A stretch of 64,000 nt of DNA from Polyangiales bacterium (GCA_044229975.1 JBGARZ010000009.1:1-64000); one strand, 5' to 3'; counted from the first letter of the stretch, positions 39,539 to 49,792 are shown. Notes: generated from the sequence alone by a model not told the origin. A program made the numbers and translations.

Positions 39539-40966
39539 ATGGAGACCTCCGTGCAGCCCGCAGCCCCGCACAACCCGTACCTCGAAGGGCCCTTCAAACC
39601 CATCGAGCGCGAGCTCACCGCGACCGACCTCCCGGTCATCGGCCAGCTCCCGACCGACCTCGCGGGGATGTACGTCCGCAACGGGAGCAACCCCAAGCAC
39701 GCGCCCAAAGGGCGCTACCACTGGTTCGACGGCGACGGGATGGTGCACGGCCTCCACTTCGAGGGCGGCCGCGCGACCTACCGCAACCGCTACGTCCAGA
39801 CGGCTGGCCTGCGCGAAGAGACCGCCGCGGGTCACGCCCTCTGGACCGGCATCATGGAGGCGCCCGACTTCCGCCGCAGCGGCGGTCCCTTCAAGGACAC
39901 CGCCAACACCGACCTCGTCTTCCACGCGGGCAAGCTGATGGCCCTTTGGTGGCTCGGCGGCGCCTGCCATCACCTCTCGCTCCCGGCGCTGGAAACCCTC
40001 GGCGTGGTGGACTTCGGCAAGTCACTCCACAAGGGACTCTCGGCGCACCCGAAGGTCGATCCCGTCACCGGGGAGATGATGTTCTTTGACTATCAGCTCA
40101 CGCCCCCATTCCTCACCTACGGGGTGATCTCGGCGAACGGGGAGCTGGTGCACCAGGTTCCGATCAACCTGCCGGGCGCGCGCTTGCAGCACGACATCGC
40201 CATCACGGCGAAGCACACCATCCTCATGGACCTCCCGCTGATGTGGGACCCGGCGCTGCTCGCGCGCGGCAAGACCCGCGTTCGCTTCTATCCCGACAAG
40301 CCCGCCCGCTTCGGCATCATTCCCCGCCACGGCGGGACGAGCGAAGTGCGGTGGTTCGAGGCCGCGGCTTGTTACATGTATCACACCATCAACGCCTGGG
40401 AGGAGGGCGACGAGGTCGTGATGCTCGGCTGCCGCATCGAGAACCCGCTGCCCGAAGCGGTCGACCCGTCGCGCCCGATTCCGCGCCTCGACGCGCTCGC
40501 GCTGGAGCCGTACTTCCACGAGTGGCGCTTCAACCTCGTCACGGGCGCCGTGCGCGAGCGCAAGCTCGACGACGTGATGACGGAGTTCCCCCGAATGAAC
40601 AACGAGTTCCTGGGGAGGCCGTCGCGGTATAGCTACAACCCGCGCATCGCCCCGGCGACCACGCTGCTCTACGACGGCGTCATCAAGTACGACTCCGTGG
40701 CCAACACCTCCGTCGCTCACGGTTATGGCAAGGGGCGCTACGGCGGAGAGGTGGTCTTCGCGCCGCGGGTCGGGGCGACCGAAGAGGACGACGGATACCT
40801 CGTGACCTTCGTGCATGACGTGACCACCGACCGCGGCGAAGTGGTGGTGCTCGACGCGCGCGACGTCGGCGGAGAGCCCGTGGCGAGGGTGATGCTGCCG
40901 CAGCAGGTGCCCATCGGGTACCACTCGTGGTGGGTTCCGGCCGCGCAGATGGCGGTCTCGCGATGA
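39539..40966 (+). CDS. Carotenoid/lignostilbene cleavage oxygenase (RPE65 family)
   Basis: NPYLEGPFKP, HWFDGDGMVH; four Fe-binding His in SAHPK, QHD, YHTINAW and GYHS; EFPR; EDDGY. Confidence 0.95.
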   Translation: METSVQPAAPHNPYLEGPFKPIERELTATDLPVIGQLPTDLAGMYVRNGSNPKHAPKGRYHWFDGDGMVHGLHFEGGRATYRNRYVQTAGLREETAAGHALWTGIMEAPDFRRSGGPFKDTANTDLVFHAGKLMALWWLGGACHHLSLPALETLGVVDFGKSLHKGLSAHPKVDPVTGEMMFFDYQLTPPFLTYGVISANGELVHQVPINLPGARLQHDIAITAKHTILMDLPLMWDPALLARGKTRVRFYPDKPARFGIIPRHGGTSEVRWFEAAACYMYHTINAWEEGDEVVMLGCRIENPLPEAVDPSRPIPRLDALALEPYFHEWRFNLVTGAVRERKLDDVMTEFPRMNNEFLGRPSRYSYNPRIAPATTLLYDGVIKYDSVANTSVAHGYGKGRYGGEVVFAPRVGATEEDDGYLVTFVHDVTTDRGEVVVLDARDVGGEPVARVMLPQQVPIGYHSWWVPAAQMAVSR

Positions 40967-42216
40967 GAGAGGCGCGTCGCTCGCGGGCACCGGTCTTCGT
41001 GCTGGGCGGCGCGCAGACGGACTTCGCGCGGCACTGGACCCGCGAGGGAAAGACGCTCAGCGACCTGATGCGCGAGACGGCGCAGTCGGCCCTGGCAAGC
41101 GCGAAGGTCGACGCCGCGGAGGTGGAGGTCGGCCACGTGGGCAACTTCGTGGCGGAGCTGTTCTGCGGACAGGGCCACCTCGGCGGATTGCTGGTCGAAG
41201 CAGATGCTGCCTTCGAGGGCATGCCCACCTCGACGCACGAAGCGGCGTGCGCGGCGGGCGGGGCGGCGCTGATGGCGGCCATGGCCGACATCGAGTCGGG
41301 CCGGTACGAGTGCGCGCTGGTGATCGGGGTCGAGCTGCTGCGCAACGTGAAGGGCGACGTGGCGGCGAAGAACCTCGGCGCGGCGGCGTACGTCCCGCGC
41401 GAGACCGACGGGGTGCAGTACCCGTGGCCGCAGCTCTTCAGCGACCTCGGCGACGAGTACGACCGGCGCTATGGGTTGAAGCGCGAGCACCTCGCGGCCC
41501 TCGCGCAGAGCAACTTCGCCAACGCGCGACGCAACCCCAACGCGCAGACGCGCCAATGGGTGTTGGGCGCGGAGCACTTCGCGGAGGACAACACGAACAA
41601 CCCGGTGGTGGCGGGGCGCATCCGCAAGCAGGATTGCAGTCAGATCACCGACGGCGGGGCGGCCGTGCTGCTGGCTTCGGCGCGCTTCGCGGAGCGCTGG
41701 GCAAAGCGGTGTGACCGTCGCATCGAAGACGTCGCGATGATCCGCGGCTGGGGCCATCGGACGGGGCGGATGTCCTTCGCGGACAAGATCGCGTCGAGCC
41801 GCGACGAGGCCTACGTGCTGCCCCACGTGCGAGGCGCCATCACCGACGCGTACGCGCGAGCGGGTGTCGAAGGCCCCGCGGTGCTGGACGCCATCGAGAC
41901 GCACGACTGCTTCACGACGACGCACTACATGGCCATCGACCACTTCGGGATGACGGCGCCCGGCGAGAGCTGGAAGGCCATCGAAGACGGCACCATCCAG
42001 CGCGGCGGCAAGTGTCCGATGAACGCCGGTGGCGGCCTGACGGGTGGCGGTCACCCGATCGGGGCGACGGGCGTGAGGATGGTGCTCGACGCGGCGAAGC
42101 AGGTGACGGGGACGGCGGGCGACTACCAGGTGGAGGGCGCGCGCACGGCGGCGACGCTCAACCTGGGCGGCAGCGGGACGACGGCCGTGTGCACGATCGT
42201 GGGCCGCGCGGGCTGA
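40963..42216 (+). CDS. SCP2-type thiolase-like protein
   Basis: EAACAAG, HDCF, GHPIGATG, LNLGGS (no second Cys); ATGA overlap with the oxygenase. Confidence 0.88.
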   Translation: MREARRSRAPVFVLGGAQTDFARHWTREGKTLSDLMRETAQSALASAKVDAAEVEVGHVGNFVAELFCGQGHLGGLLVEADAAFEGMPTSTHEAACAAGGAALMAAMADIESGRYECALVIGVELLRNVKGDVAAKNLGAAAYVPRETDGVQYPWPQLFSDLGDEYDRRYGLKREHLAALAQSNFANARRNPNAQTRQWVLGAEHFAEDNTNNPVVAGRIRKQDCSQITDGGAAVLLASARFAERWAKRCDRRIEDVAMIRGWGHRTGRMSFADKIASSRDEAYVLPHVRGAITDAYARAGVEGPAVLDAIETHDCFTTTHYMAIDHFGMTAPGESWKAIEDGTIQRGGKCPMNAGGGLTGGGHPIGATGVRMVLDAAKQVTGTAGDYQVEGARTAATLNLGGSGTTAVCTIVGRAG

Positions 42217-42219
42217 GCG

Positions 42220-43422
42220 ATGGACGCGTACATCTACGAGGCGATTCGCACGCCGCGCGGGGCGGGCAAGCCCGGTGGCGCGCTGTCGGGCGTGCGGCCG
42301 GTGGAGCTGCTGGCGACGCTCTTCCGCGAGCTGGTGGCGCGAACGGCGATCGATACCGCGGTCATCGATGACATCGTCCTGGGGTGCGTGACGCAGGTGG
42401 GCGAGCAGGGCGCCAACCTCGCCAAGGTGGCTGCCCTCTATGCGGGCTGGAGCGATCGGGTGTCGGGGATGACGCTCGATCGGTTCTGCGCGTCGGGCCT
42501 CGATGCGGTGAACCTCGCGGCGGCGAAGGTCTCGTCGGGCATGGAAGACCTCGTGGTGGCGGGCGGTGTCGAGTCGATGTCGCGGGTTCCGATGATGTCG
42601 GACAAGGGCGCGTGGTTTACGGACGCGGACGTGGCGCAAGCGACGGGCTTCGTGCACATGGGCGTGTCGGCCGACCTCATCGCGACGCTCGACGGCGTGT
42701 CGCGCGAGGAGTGCGACGCGTGGGCGCTGCGATCGCACGAGCGGGCGGCGGCGGCGCGGGCGACGGGGCGCTTCGCGCGGTCGCTGGTGGCGGTGCGTGA
42801 CGCGAGCGGCGCGGTGGTGTGCGAGCGCGACGAGTGGATTCGCGAGGGGCTCACGGCGGCGAAGCTGGCGGGGATGGCGGCGGTGTTCGCGGAGGCGGGC
42901 GCGAAGGGCGGCGACGCGATCGCGCTGGCGAAGTATCCGCAGGCGGGCGCGATACGCCACGTGCACACGGTGGCGAGCGCGCCGGGCGTGGTCGACGGCG
43001 CGGCGCTGGTGCTGGTGGGCAACCGGGCGGCGGGTGAGAGGTATGGGCTGAAGCCGCGAGCGCGGGTGCGGTCGTTTGCGAACGCGAGCGCCGAGCCGGT
43101 GGCGATGCTGACGGCGCCAGCGCCCGCGACGCGCAAGGCGCTGGCGAAGGCGGGGATGGGCGTCGGCGACGTGGAGCGCTTCGAGATGAACGAGTCGTTC
43201 AGCGCGGTGGTGCTGCGGTACGTGCGCGAGCTGGAGCTGGACGCCGAGCGGGTGAACGTCGACGGCGGGGCGATCGCGATGGGTCACCCGCTGGGCGCGA
43301 CGGGCGCGGTGCTGGTGGGGACGCTGCTGGAGTCGATGGAGCGCGACGGGCGCGGCGTCGGGGTGGTCGCGATGTGCGCGGGGGCGGGCATCGGCGCGGC
43401 GACGGTGATCGAGCGGGTGTAG
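42220..43422 (+). CDS. Acetyl-CoA C-acyltransferase (thiolase)
   Basis: RTPRG, RFCASG, GGVESMS, NESF, GHPLGATG, MCAGAGIG. Confidence 0.93.
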   Translation: MDAYIYEAIRTPRGAGKPGGALSGVRPVELLATLFRELVARTAIDTAVIDDIVLGCVTQVGEQGANLAKVAALYAGWSDRVSGMTLDRFCASGLDAVNLAAAKVSSGMEDLVVAGGVESMSRVPMMSDKGAWFTDADVAQATGFVHMGVSADLIATLDGVSREECDAWALRSHERAAAARATGRFARSLVAVRDASGAVVCERDEWIREGLTAAKLAGMAAVFAEAGAKGGDAIALAKYPQAGAIRHVHTVASAPGVVDGAALVLVGNRAAGERYGLKPRARVRSFANASAEPVAMLTAPAPATRKALAKAGMGVGDVERFEMNESFSAVVLRYVRELELDAERVNVDGGAIAMGHPLGATGAVLVGTLLESMERDGRGVGVVAMCAGAGIGAATVIERV

Positions 43423-43435
43423 CGGGGGCTGGAGC

Positions 43436-43549
43436 TCAAACGCGCGCGAAGTACCGCACGGTGTCCTCGCGGAAGAGCACGTACAGCCACACCGCGTCGG
43501 CGACGAGGCTCACCACCAGCGTCGGCGTCGCCGCGGGCGGTAGGTCACC
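43436..43549 (-). pseudogene. 3' remnant of a membrane protein gene
   Basis: Reads ...TLVVSLVADAVWLYVLFREDTVRYFARV* with GC-rich third positions and no room for a full gene upstream. Confidence 0.4.
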
Positions 43550-43562
43550 CCTTGGCGCGCGC

Positions 43563-45986
43563 CTACCAGGTCGTCGCCGTGAACTCCGCCCGCCGACCCG
43601 CGGGCAGCGTCCCGGTCAGCACCACGCGACGGCCGCCGATGCGCGTGGGCCCGCAGGCCGCGCAGTCGAAGCGACGGATGACATCACCGAACTCCAGCGT
43701 GAGCCCGGTGATCTCTCGCGCACCCGCCGTGATCGTTCCCCGGTAGCCCGTCGCGGAGTCGTAGCCAGCGTCGACCTCGACCTCCCGGCGCGCCTGCCAG
43801 AACGCCCCGAGCGCCGTCACGGACACGTCCGTCCGCAGGCCCGCCGACGCCGCCACGGCGAGCAGTCGATCGACGGCCACCAGCTTGGCCGCGAGGTTTT
43901 CGGGCCCGAGGCCGAGGCCGAACGACGGGTGCACCAGCAGCGTGGTGTGCGCGCGGTTGGCCGCGTTGTGCAGCAGCACCGACGCCCAGCGGCCCACGAA
44001 GGTCGGGAGGTTGAAGCCCTGGAGCTCGGTGCGAACGGTTCCGCCGGCGTCGCGCGCGCCGAAGCCGTCGTCGAGCGTGACGGGCAGCTCGGTGATGGCG
44101 CGGTGATGGAAGAGGTCTTGACGGTGGAAGGTGCGCGCGAGGTCGAGCGGGAGGTTGGTCTTGAAGTCACCAACCGCGAAGCTCGAATCCACCGACACGC
44201 CATGGTCGGACAGCACATCGTAGAGCCGCGGATGAACGTCGAGGTACGGCGATCGCCACGCCACGACGGGTGAACCCGCGGCCTCGCCCGCGAGCTGCTG
44301 CGAGACCCTCACCTCGCCGCAGAGGGTCGACTCCGCGAGGGTCGTGGGGAGGTACCCCGGGAAGCGCTCGGTGCAGTCACCCACGGGCTGTGTGACCGGC
44401 GACGGGAAGTGCCGCACCGAGTGGGCCCCGACCGGGCACATCCCCAGCGCGCACACGTTGCGAACGGTCGCGGGCTCCCACGATCCGCCGACGTAGTCCG
44501 TGGTGAAGAAGAAGCTCCCGACGGCCTCGCGCTCGTACAGCACCGATGCCATCTGCGCGGCGCCCGCGGCGCCCCACGGCCCCGACCGCGTCGACTCCGT
44601 CGCGTCGATGTCGTGCGTCGAGAGCAGCAGCGCGTCTTCGAGACCCGGCACCGTGTGCTTGAAGACGGCGTGCCCCGCGGCGCCCTCGCGCAGCGCGTCG
44701 CGAAAGAAGAGACCCAGCACGTCACCGGCGGGCTCGAAGCAGTTCACGTAGCAGCGGTAGTGCGCCCAGGAGTGCAGGTCGTGGCCGAGGGTGTAGACCG
44801 CCCCGGCGCCGACGGGTCGGCGGGTGAGAACGGCCCCGGCGTCGGTCGTTCCGGCGAAGGCGCGCGCGGCGACGACGGTGCTGACGTCGGCGTCGGGCTC
44901 CAGCGCGAAGACCTCGATGGGGTGCGCCACCGGGTCGTCGGTGACGGTGAGCTCGCGCTCTTCGAGCGAGTCGAAGGAGAGCACCGCGGGGACGGAGGAG
45001 CCGGCGACGTGCAGGGAAGTGACGTCGGTGCGACGGGTGCTGGCGCGCAGGCCCGCGAGGCGCAGCACGTTGGCCGTGGGGAGCGAGGCGACGGGCTTGT
45101 GGAGCAGCACCACGCCGCCCGCGTTGGCGAACTCCTCCAGGTAGAGCCGCGCGATGGTGTCGACCACCGCGCCGTCGAGATAGCCCGGAACAATCACCAG
45201 CGCGTAGCGGCCCAGGAGGCTGCGGAGGGGAATGTTCCAGTCGGAGTCGGCGGGGGGTAGGTCGTAGGGGACGCCCCACTGATCGAGGACGGAGGCGAGC
45301 GCGCGGATCTCGTCGCCGCCCTTCGTCCAGAGGTAGCGCGGCGCGAGGAGGAGGGCTCGTGCGCGGACGGTGGCCGGGCGGGCGTTGTCGACGACGCTAT
45401 CGCAGTCGTTGTCCAGCCCGTCGGAGACCTCGGCGGAGGGAGCAGGGGTGAGGCAGATGCGGGCCGTTCCGACGCACGCGGCCCAGCCGACGGCGCAGAC
45501 GCCCATGGCCGCGGCAACGCATGCGTTGGGGCCGGTGGGGAGCAGCGCATCGACGCGACCGTCGCAGTCGTTGTCGAGCCCGTCGCAGAGCGTCTCCAGG
45601 GCTTCACGACGCGGGTCTCCGAGGGGAATGGCGCAGTCGGCGACGGCGGTCGGCAGGTCGGCGAGGCGCACGTCGACGAGCGCCCCATCGGGGACGGTGC
45701 GACCCGCATCGGCCGGCGGAACATCGACGACGTCGGGCTGCACATCGACGACGTCGGGCTGCACATCGACGGCGGCGACCACATCGACGACCTCGGACGA
45801 GGCATCGATGGCGACCACATCGACGACGTCCCCTGGGGTGTCGACGGCCGGGACGTCGGTGGGAGCGGGCGTCTGCTCGCAGCCCAGGATCATCGCGACG
45901 AGGGCGATGGTGGACTTCGCGGCGAGGGGGCCGACCGATCGTCGGTCGACACCTACGAAGCTGGAGGATGACGTCGGCCGTCGCAT
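43563..45986 (-). CDS. Lipoprotein with Cys/Asp metal-binding repeats and a NodB/CE4-like polysaccharide deacetylase domain
   Basis: Lipobox ILGC; DV-rich tether; CDGLDNDCDG-type repeat x2; THDID, GAHSVRH, WRSPYL, DSS, ELPV, LLVHP. Start approximate. Confidence 0.75.
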   Translation of the reverse strand: MRRPTSSSSFVGVDRRSVGPLAAKSTIALVAMILGCEQTPAPTDVPAVDTPGDVVDVVAIDASSEVVDVVAAVDVQPDVVDVQPDVVDVPPADAGRTVPDGALVDVRLADLPTAVADCAIPLGDPRREALETLCDGLDNDCDGRVDALLPTGPNACVAAAMGVCAVGWAACVGTARICLTPAPSAEVSDGLDNDCDSVVDNARPATVRARALLLAPRYLWTKGGDEIRALASVLDQWGVPYDLPPADSDWNIPLRSLLGRYALVIVPGYLDGAVVDTIARLYLEEFANAGGVVLLHKPVASLPTANVLRLAGLRASTRRTDVTSLHVAGSSVPAVLSFDSLEERELTVTDDPVAHPIEVFALEPDADVSTVVAARAFAGTTDAGAVLTRRPVGAGAVYTLGHDLHSWAHYRCYVNCFEPAGDVLGLFFRDALREGAAGHAVFKHTVPGLEDALLLSTHDIDATESTRSGPWGAAGAAQMASVLYEREAVGSFFFTTDYVGGSWEPATVRNVCALGMCPVGAHSVRHFPSPVTQPVGDCTERFPGYLPTTLAESTLCGEVRVSQQLAGEAAGSPVVAWRSPYLDVHPRLYDVLSDHGVSVDSSFAVGDFKTNLPLDLARTFHRQDLFHHRAITELPVTLDDGFGARDAGGTVRTELQGFNLPTFVGRWASVLLHNAANRAHTTLLVHPSFGLGLGPENLAAKLVAVDRLLAVAASAGLRTDVSVTALGAFWQARREVEVDAGYDSATGYRGTITAGAREITGLTLEFGDVIRRFDCAACGPTRIGGRRVVLTGTLPAGRRAEFTATTW

Positions 45987-46073
45987 CGCAGATGCCCGCG
46001 ACGCTGCCACGGATGCCCTCTGCACCGATAGCGATTGGAGCGCGCCGCGAGGATCGCTACGATCGCGCCCGAC

Positions 46074-47366
46074 GTGAAGACTCCGATCTTGTGGGCGGCC
46101 GCGCTGGCGGTGAGCGTGGGTTGTAGCGGGAGCTCGACCCCCGTGCGCTCCGTGGCGACGGCGCCCGTCGATGCTGGCAGCGCGGACGTTTCGCCTGGTG
46201 ACGATGCGGGCGAGGCGATCGCCGAGACCCCGGCGGCGCCCGTCCAGCCGCTCCGGCCGGCGCCGGTGGTGTTCATCACCCTGGGCGAGTGGCACGGGTG
46301 CGCGGTGGCGGCCGACGGCAACGCGCGCTGCTGGGGGCGCAACCGCGAGGGGCAGCTCGGGCACCCCGCGACGGCGCCCGTTGTCGCTGGTCCGACCAGG
46401 GTGCCAGGGCTCTCCGGGGTCGCGGTCGAGGCGTCGGCCGGAACCTTCCACACCTGCCTGCGCACCGACGATGGCCGCGCCTATTGCTGGGGCGACAACC
46501 GCACCGGGCAGGCGGGCGTCGAGGGCTCTGCCACCCTCGATCAGCCCGCCGAGCTCCGCGGCCTCACCGACGTGGCGGAGGTCGTCGCCGGGCGCGACCA
46601 GTCCTGCGCGCGCCTGCGCGACGGGACCGTTCGCTGCTGGGGCAACAACGAACACGGGCAGCTCGGTGACGGCACCGTGCGCGCGCGCTTCACGCCGACG
46701 CCCGTCGTGGGGCTGCGCGGGGTCGCCGAGCTCGCCGCGGGTTCGGGCCACACCTGCGCCCGCCTCGAAGACGGAACCGTCCGCTGCTGGGGACTCAACC
46801 GTCGCGGCCAGGTGGGCGACCGCACCCGCCTCGCGCGCCATCGCCCGACGCCCGTCGTGGGCGTCGCTCACGCCAACCAGATCGCCGTGGGCCGCGAGCA
46901 CGGATGCGCCCGCCTCACCGACGGAACCGTCCGCTGTTGGGGCCGCAACGACGTCGGTCAGCTCGGCAACGGCACCGTGGTCGGGTCCAACGTCGCCGTC
47001 GCGGTGCGCGGTCTGCGGGGCGTGCGGCACATCGCGGCCGGCGGCCTCCACACCTGCGCGGTGCTGGAGGACGCCACGGTGCGCTGCTGGGGTTCCAACC
47101 ACCACGGCCAGCTCGGGATCGGCACCGTCGGGGGCGTGCAGCGGCTGCCCGTGGCCGTCATTGGGCTCACCGGTGTCGGCTCGGTCGCGCTGTCGAGCGC
47201 GGCGGACGACGGGTCCACCTGCGCGCTGATGGAAGACCAGTCGGTGCGCTGCTGGGGCGACAACGCCTTCGGGCAGCTCGGGCGCGCGGCGTCGCCGGCC
47301 GATCCGAACCCCACCGCCATCGTGTGGGACGCGCCTCCCGCCGGGCCCGCCGTCGCCCCGCGCTGA
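46074..47366 (+). CDS. RCC1/BLIP-II beta-propeller lipoprotein
   Basis: Lipobox SVGC; seven HxCA..DGTVRCWGxNxxGQLG-type repeats. Confidence 0.92.
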   Translation: MKTPILWAAALAVSVGCSGSSTPVRSVATAPVDAGSADVSPGDDAGEAIAETPAAPVQPLRPAPVVFITLGEWHGCAVAADGNARCWGRNREGQLGHPATAPVVAGPTRVPGLSGVAVEASAGTFHTCLRTDDGRAYCWGDNRTGQAGVEGSATLDQPAELRGLTDVAEVVAGRDQSCARLRDGTVRCWGNNEHGQLGDGTVRARFTPTPVVGLRGVAELAAGSGHTCARLEDGTVRCWGLNRRGQVGDRTRLARHRPTPVVGVAHANQIAVGREHGCARLTDGTVRCWGRNDVGQLGNGTVVGSNVAVAVRGLRGVRHIAAGGLHTCAVLEDATVRCWGSNHHGQLGIGTVGGVQRLPVAVIGLTGVGSVALSSAADDGSTCALMEDQSVRCWGDNAFGQLGRAASPADPNPTAIVWDAPPAGPAVAPR

Positions 47367-47409
47367 ACCGGCCCACACCGCAGCGTCAGCGCGGCGCGCA
47401 ACCGCGACG

Positions 47410-48018
47410 CTACGAGGAGAGTCCGCGTCGCAGCAGGCCCACGCGGTTGCGCGCCGCGAGGAGCTGCTGACGGAGCGCGTCGGCCTGGCGGGCGACGTCG
47501 ACGAAGTCCGCCGCGGTGGCCTCGCGGGCGACGTCCTGGGCGCGGTCGACGGCGCCGTCCATGCGGGCGACGATCTCTTCGAGCCGCTCGATGAGCTCGG
47601 CGAGGCGCTCGGGCGAGGTGGGCATTCCCCCGCCGCTGGTGGCCTCCTGCACGAGCGCGTTGATGCCGCGCGCCTCTTCGCCGAGCTGCCCCAACCGAAC
47701 ACCAAACGCCGTGTGCTCGGTGGTGCGGGCGTCGATGTCCGAGACGCGGCCGTTGATGGTGGCGGCTGCGGCGCGCTGGCGTTCGTTGGCGGTGCCGACG
47801 AGGGCGACGAGCCCGTGGAGCTGCTCGGCGAAGCGGGCCTGCGCATCAGCGGCGTCGCGGGTGAGCCGCGCGGCGTGCTCGATGGCCTTCTCGGAATTGA
47901 GCGGAGACCGGGCGAGGGACGCGGCGATGTCCTCGAAGCGCTTGAGCTCCGACTCTAGCGCCGCGGCGGCCGTGGCGAAGGCGGAGACTTTGTTGGAGGC
48001 GCGGTCGTCCCTGCTCAC
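47410..48018 (-). CDS. Coiled-coil hypothetical protein
   Basis: 202-aa Ala/Leu/Glu-rich helical ORF with host-like codon pattern. Confidence 0.7.
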   Translation of the reverse strand: MSRDDRASNKVSAFATAAAALESELKRFEDIAASLARSPLNSEKAIEHAARLTRDAADAQARFAEQLHGLVALVGTANERQRAAAATINGRVSDIDARTTEHTAFGVRLGQLGEEARGINALVQEATSGGGMPTSPERLAELIERLEEIVARMDGAVDRAQDVAREATAADFVDVARQADALRQQLLAARNRVGLLRRGLSS

Positions 48019-48066
48019 GGGTCGGGATGGAAGTCCGCCGCGGGGCGCGGCGTCAAGCGCGACGGC

Positions 48067-48567
48067 TCACCCGTGGAGCGAACGCGCGGACACCAGCACC
48101 CCATCGGCGTCCGCGTAGCACCACTCGCCGGGCCGCACCGCGACACCTGCTACGTCGACGACCCCATCTCGCTCGCCTGCCCCTGCCTTGGCGCTCTTGC
48201 GTGGGTGCGTGCCCAGCGCGCGAATCCCGACATCGCACGCCGCGAGCTCCGCTGCGTCGCGCACGCAGCCGTACACCACGATGCCGGCCCAGCCGTTTTG
48301 CACCGCGAGCGCGCCGAGGTTGCCGCCCACCAGAGCGCGACGAAGGCTCCCTCCCCCGTCGATCACCAGCACGCGCCCCGCGCCCGGCGTCGAGAGCACC
48401 TCGCGCACGAGCGCGTTGTCCTCGAAAAGCCGCAGCGTGGTGACGGGACCATGGAATGACGTGCGCTTCCCGTAGTCACGGAAGACCGCCGGGAGAACGC
48501 GCAACGATCCGTCGATGAGCAGTGGCTCGTGAGCGTCGCAGAGGTCGGTGGTGGCGAGGGTCGTCAT
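48067..48567 (-). CDS. rraA: RraA / HMG-aldolase family protein
   Basis: [42 protein letters not shown]. Confidence 0.92.
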   Translation of the reverse strand: MTTLATTDLCDAHEPLLIDGSLRVLPAVFRDYGKRTSFHGPVTTLRLFEDNALVREVLSTPGAGRVLVIDGGGSLRRALVGGNLGALAVQNGWAGIVVYGCVRDAAELAACDVGIRALGTHPRKSAKAGAGERDGVVDVAGVAVRPGEWCYADADGVLVSARSLHG

Positions 48568-48656
48568 GCCGCGCATGGGAGTCCGGTGCGACCGCCTGGT
48601 CAAGCGCGACGCTCGCCGACGGCCTCGTCGCGGGAGATCTGACGGGTTCGGAGATG

Positions 48657-48762
48657 GCCGCCAGGGCGCAGGGGGCGCAAGGATCGAAAGGGAGAGATGA
48701 GGTGAAGGTGAAGGTCCTTCGCTTGAGCCGTTCTTCCCTTGCGACGCTTGCGCCCGGTTGGC
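48657..48762. repeat. Degenerate intergenic inverted repeat (REP-doublet-like)
   Basis: GGGCGCAGGGGGCGCAAGG pairs imperfectly with CCTTGCGACGCTTGCGCCC about 55 nt downstream. Confidence 0.45.
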
Positions 48763-48791
48763 TGTCCTCCCACGAGGCACGCCCCGACGCG

Positions 48792-48970
48792 CTACTCGAC
48801 CTCGGTGAGAGCGCTCGCGTGTCGCTTGCCCCAGTCACACAGCGACGCGACGATGGGCTGGAGGCTCATCCCGAGTCGTGTCGCCGAGTACTCCACCCGC
48901 GGCGGAACCCGCGCGAACACCTTCCGCCGAACGATGCCGTGCTCTTGCAGCTCGCGGAGCGCGCTCAGCG
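48792..48970 (-). pseudogene. C-terminal fragment of an HxlR-family regulator
   Basis: [44 protein letters not shown] is the HxlR wing and C-terminus; the N-terminal half is occupied by the PLA2 gene. Confidence 0.8.
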
Positions 48971-49705
48971 CGGGACGGGGATGGGGAGCGGGATGCTGTT
49001 GCCCGTGGGCTGCGACGGAATGCCGGGGATGGGGATGCCCGGGATGGGGCCCGCGTTGGCGCCGCGGTCGAAGCCCGCGATGCCCGGCGTCGGCAGCGTC
49101 GGCGGGCGGGCGCCCGGACCCTGGAAGAACCAGTTGCGACCTGCCGCGCGCGCCCCGGCGTAGACGGCCTGCGCGGAGACCATGCACGGGGTCTGGAGCA
49201 GGCCCGCGTGCTGGCCCCGGCAGATGCCGTGGAGGTCTTCGCGGAGGCGGTCGTCGACGCGGGTGCGACGACCCTCGGTGGTGTCGAGCGCCAGGCCGCC
49301 CGCGCCGTAGTTGCGGTAGCCGAACTCGTGGCGCGCGCAGGCCCGGTCGAAGGCGTCGCGGAAGGGGCCGGAGATCTCCCCGAAGGAGCACCCGCCGCTC
49401 TGCCAGTTGTAGGGAGGCGGACGAACGCCGCGGAGGTTCTGGAAGGTCTCCAGCGGGAGCTGCATGTAGCCGTCGGCCGTGAGGATGAGCAGCGAGCGCG
49501 GGGCGTTGGCCGCGAGCGGTCGGGCGGCCGAGGCGGGCGCGCGGCTGCGGCGCGAGCTGCGACCCGACGCGGGGGCGTTGCCGAGCACACCGTTGGCGGC
49601 GTTGGTCGCGGCGCCGAGCATGTCGCCCGGCGCGTTCTGCGCCGGGGCCATCAACGGGGCGAGCAGGAGCGCGAGGAGCACGGAGGGGCGGGCGTGGTGT
49701 CGCAT
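48965..49705 (-). CDS. Secreted prokaryotic-type phospholipase A2 homolog (variant active site)
   Basis: Signal peptide; YNWQSGGCS, FDRACARHEFGYRNY and RVDDRLREDLHGIC match the Streptomyces-type PLA2 pattern (WSTDxCS, CARHDFGYRNY). Confidence 0.82.
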   Translation of the reverse strand: MRHHARPSVLLALLLAPLMAPAQNAPGDMLGAATNAANGVLGNAPASGRSSRRSRAPASAARPLAANAPRSLLILTADGYMQLPLETFQNLRGVRPPPYNWQSGGCSFGEISGPFRDAFDRACARHEFGYRNYGAGGLALDTTEGRRTRVDDRLREDLHGICRGQHAGLLQTPCMVSAQAVYAGARAAGRNWFFQGPGARPPTLPTPGIAGFDRGANAGPIPGIPIPGIPSQPTGNSIPLPIPVPR

Positions 49706-49792
49706 CCCGCGAAGGTGCCCGAAGCGCGCGACCGCCACAAGCCACGCGGCTTCGATGGAAGCTTGACGATCCCCCGCGCAACAGCGCCAATC

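Noticed and set aside
45987..47846. N-terminal extension making ORF 43563..47846 a 1427-aa protein
   Set aside because: It overlaps the RCC1 gene antisense; the signal peptide and lipobox lie near 45986.
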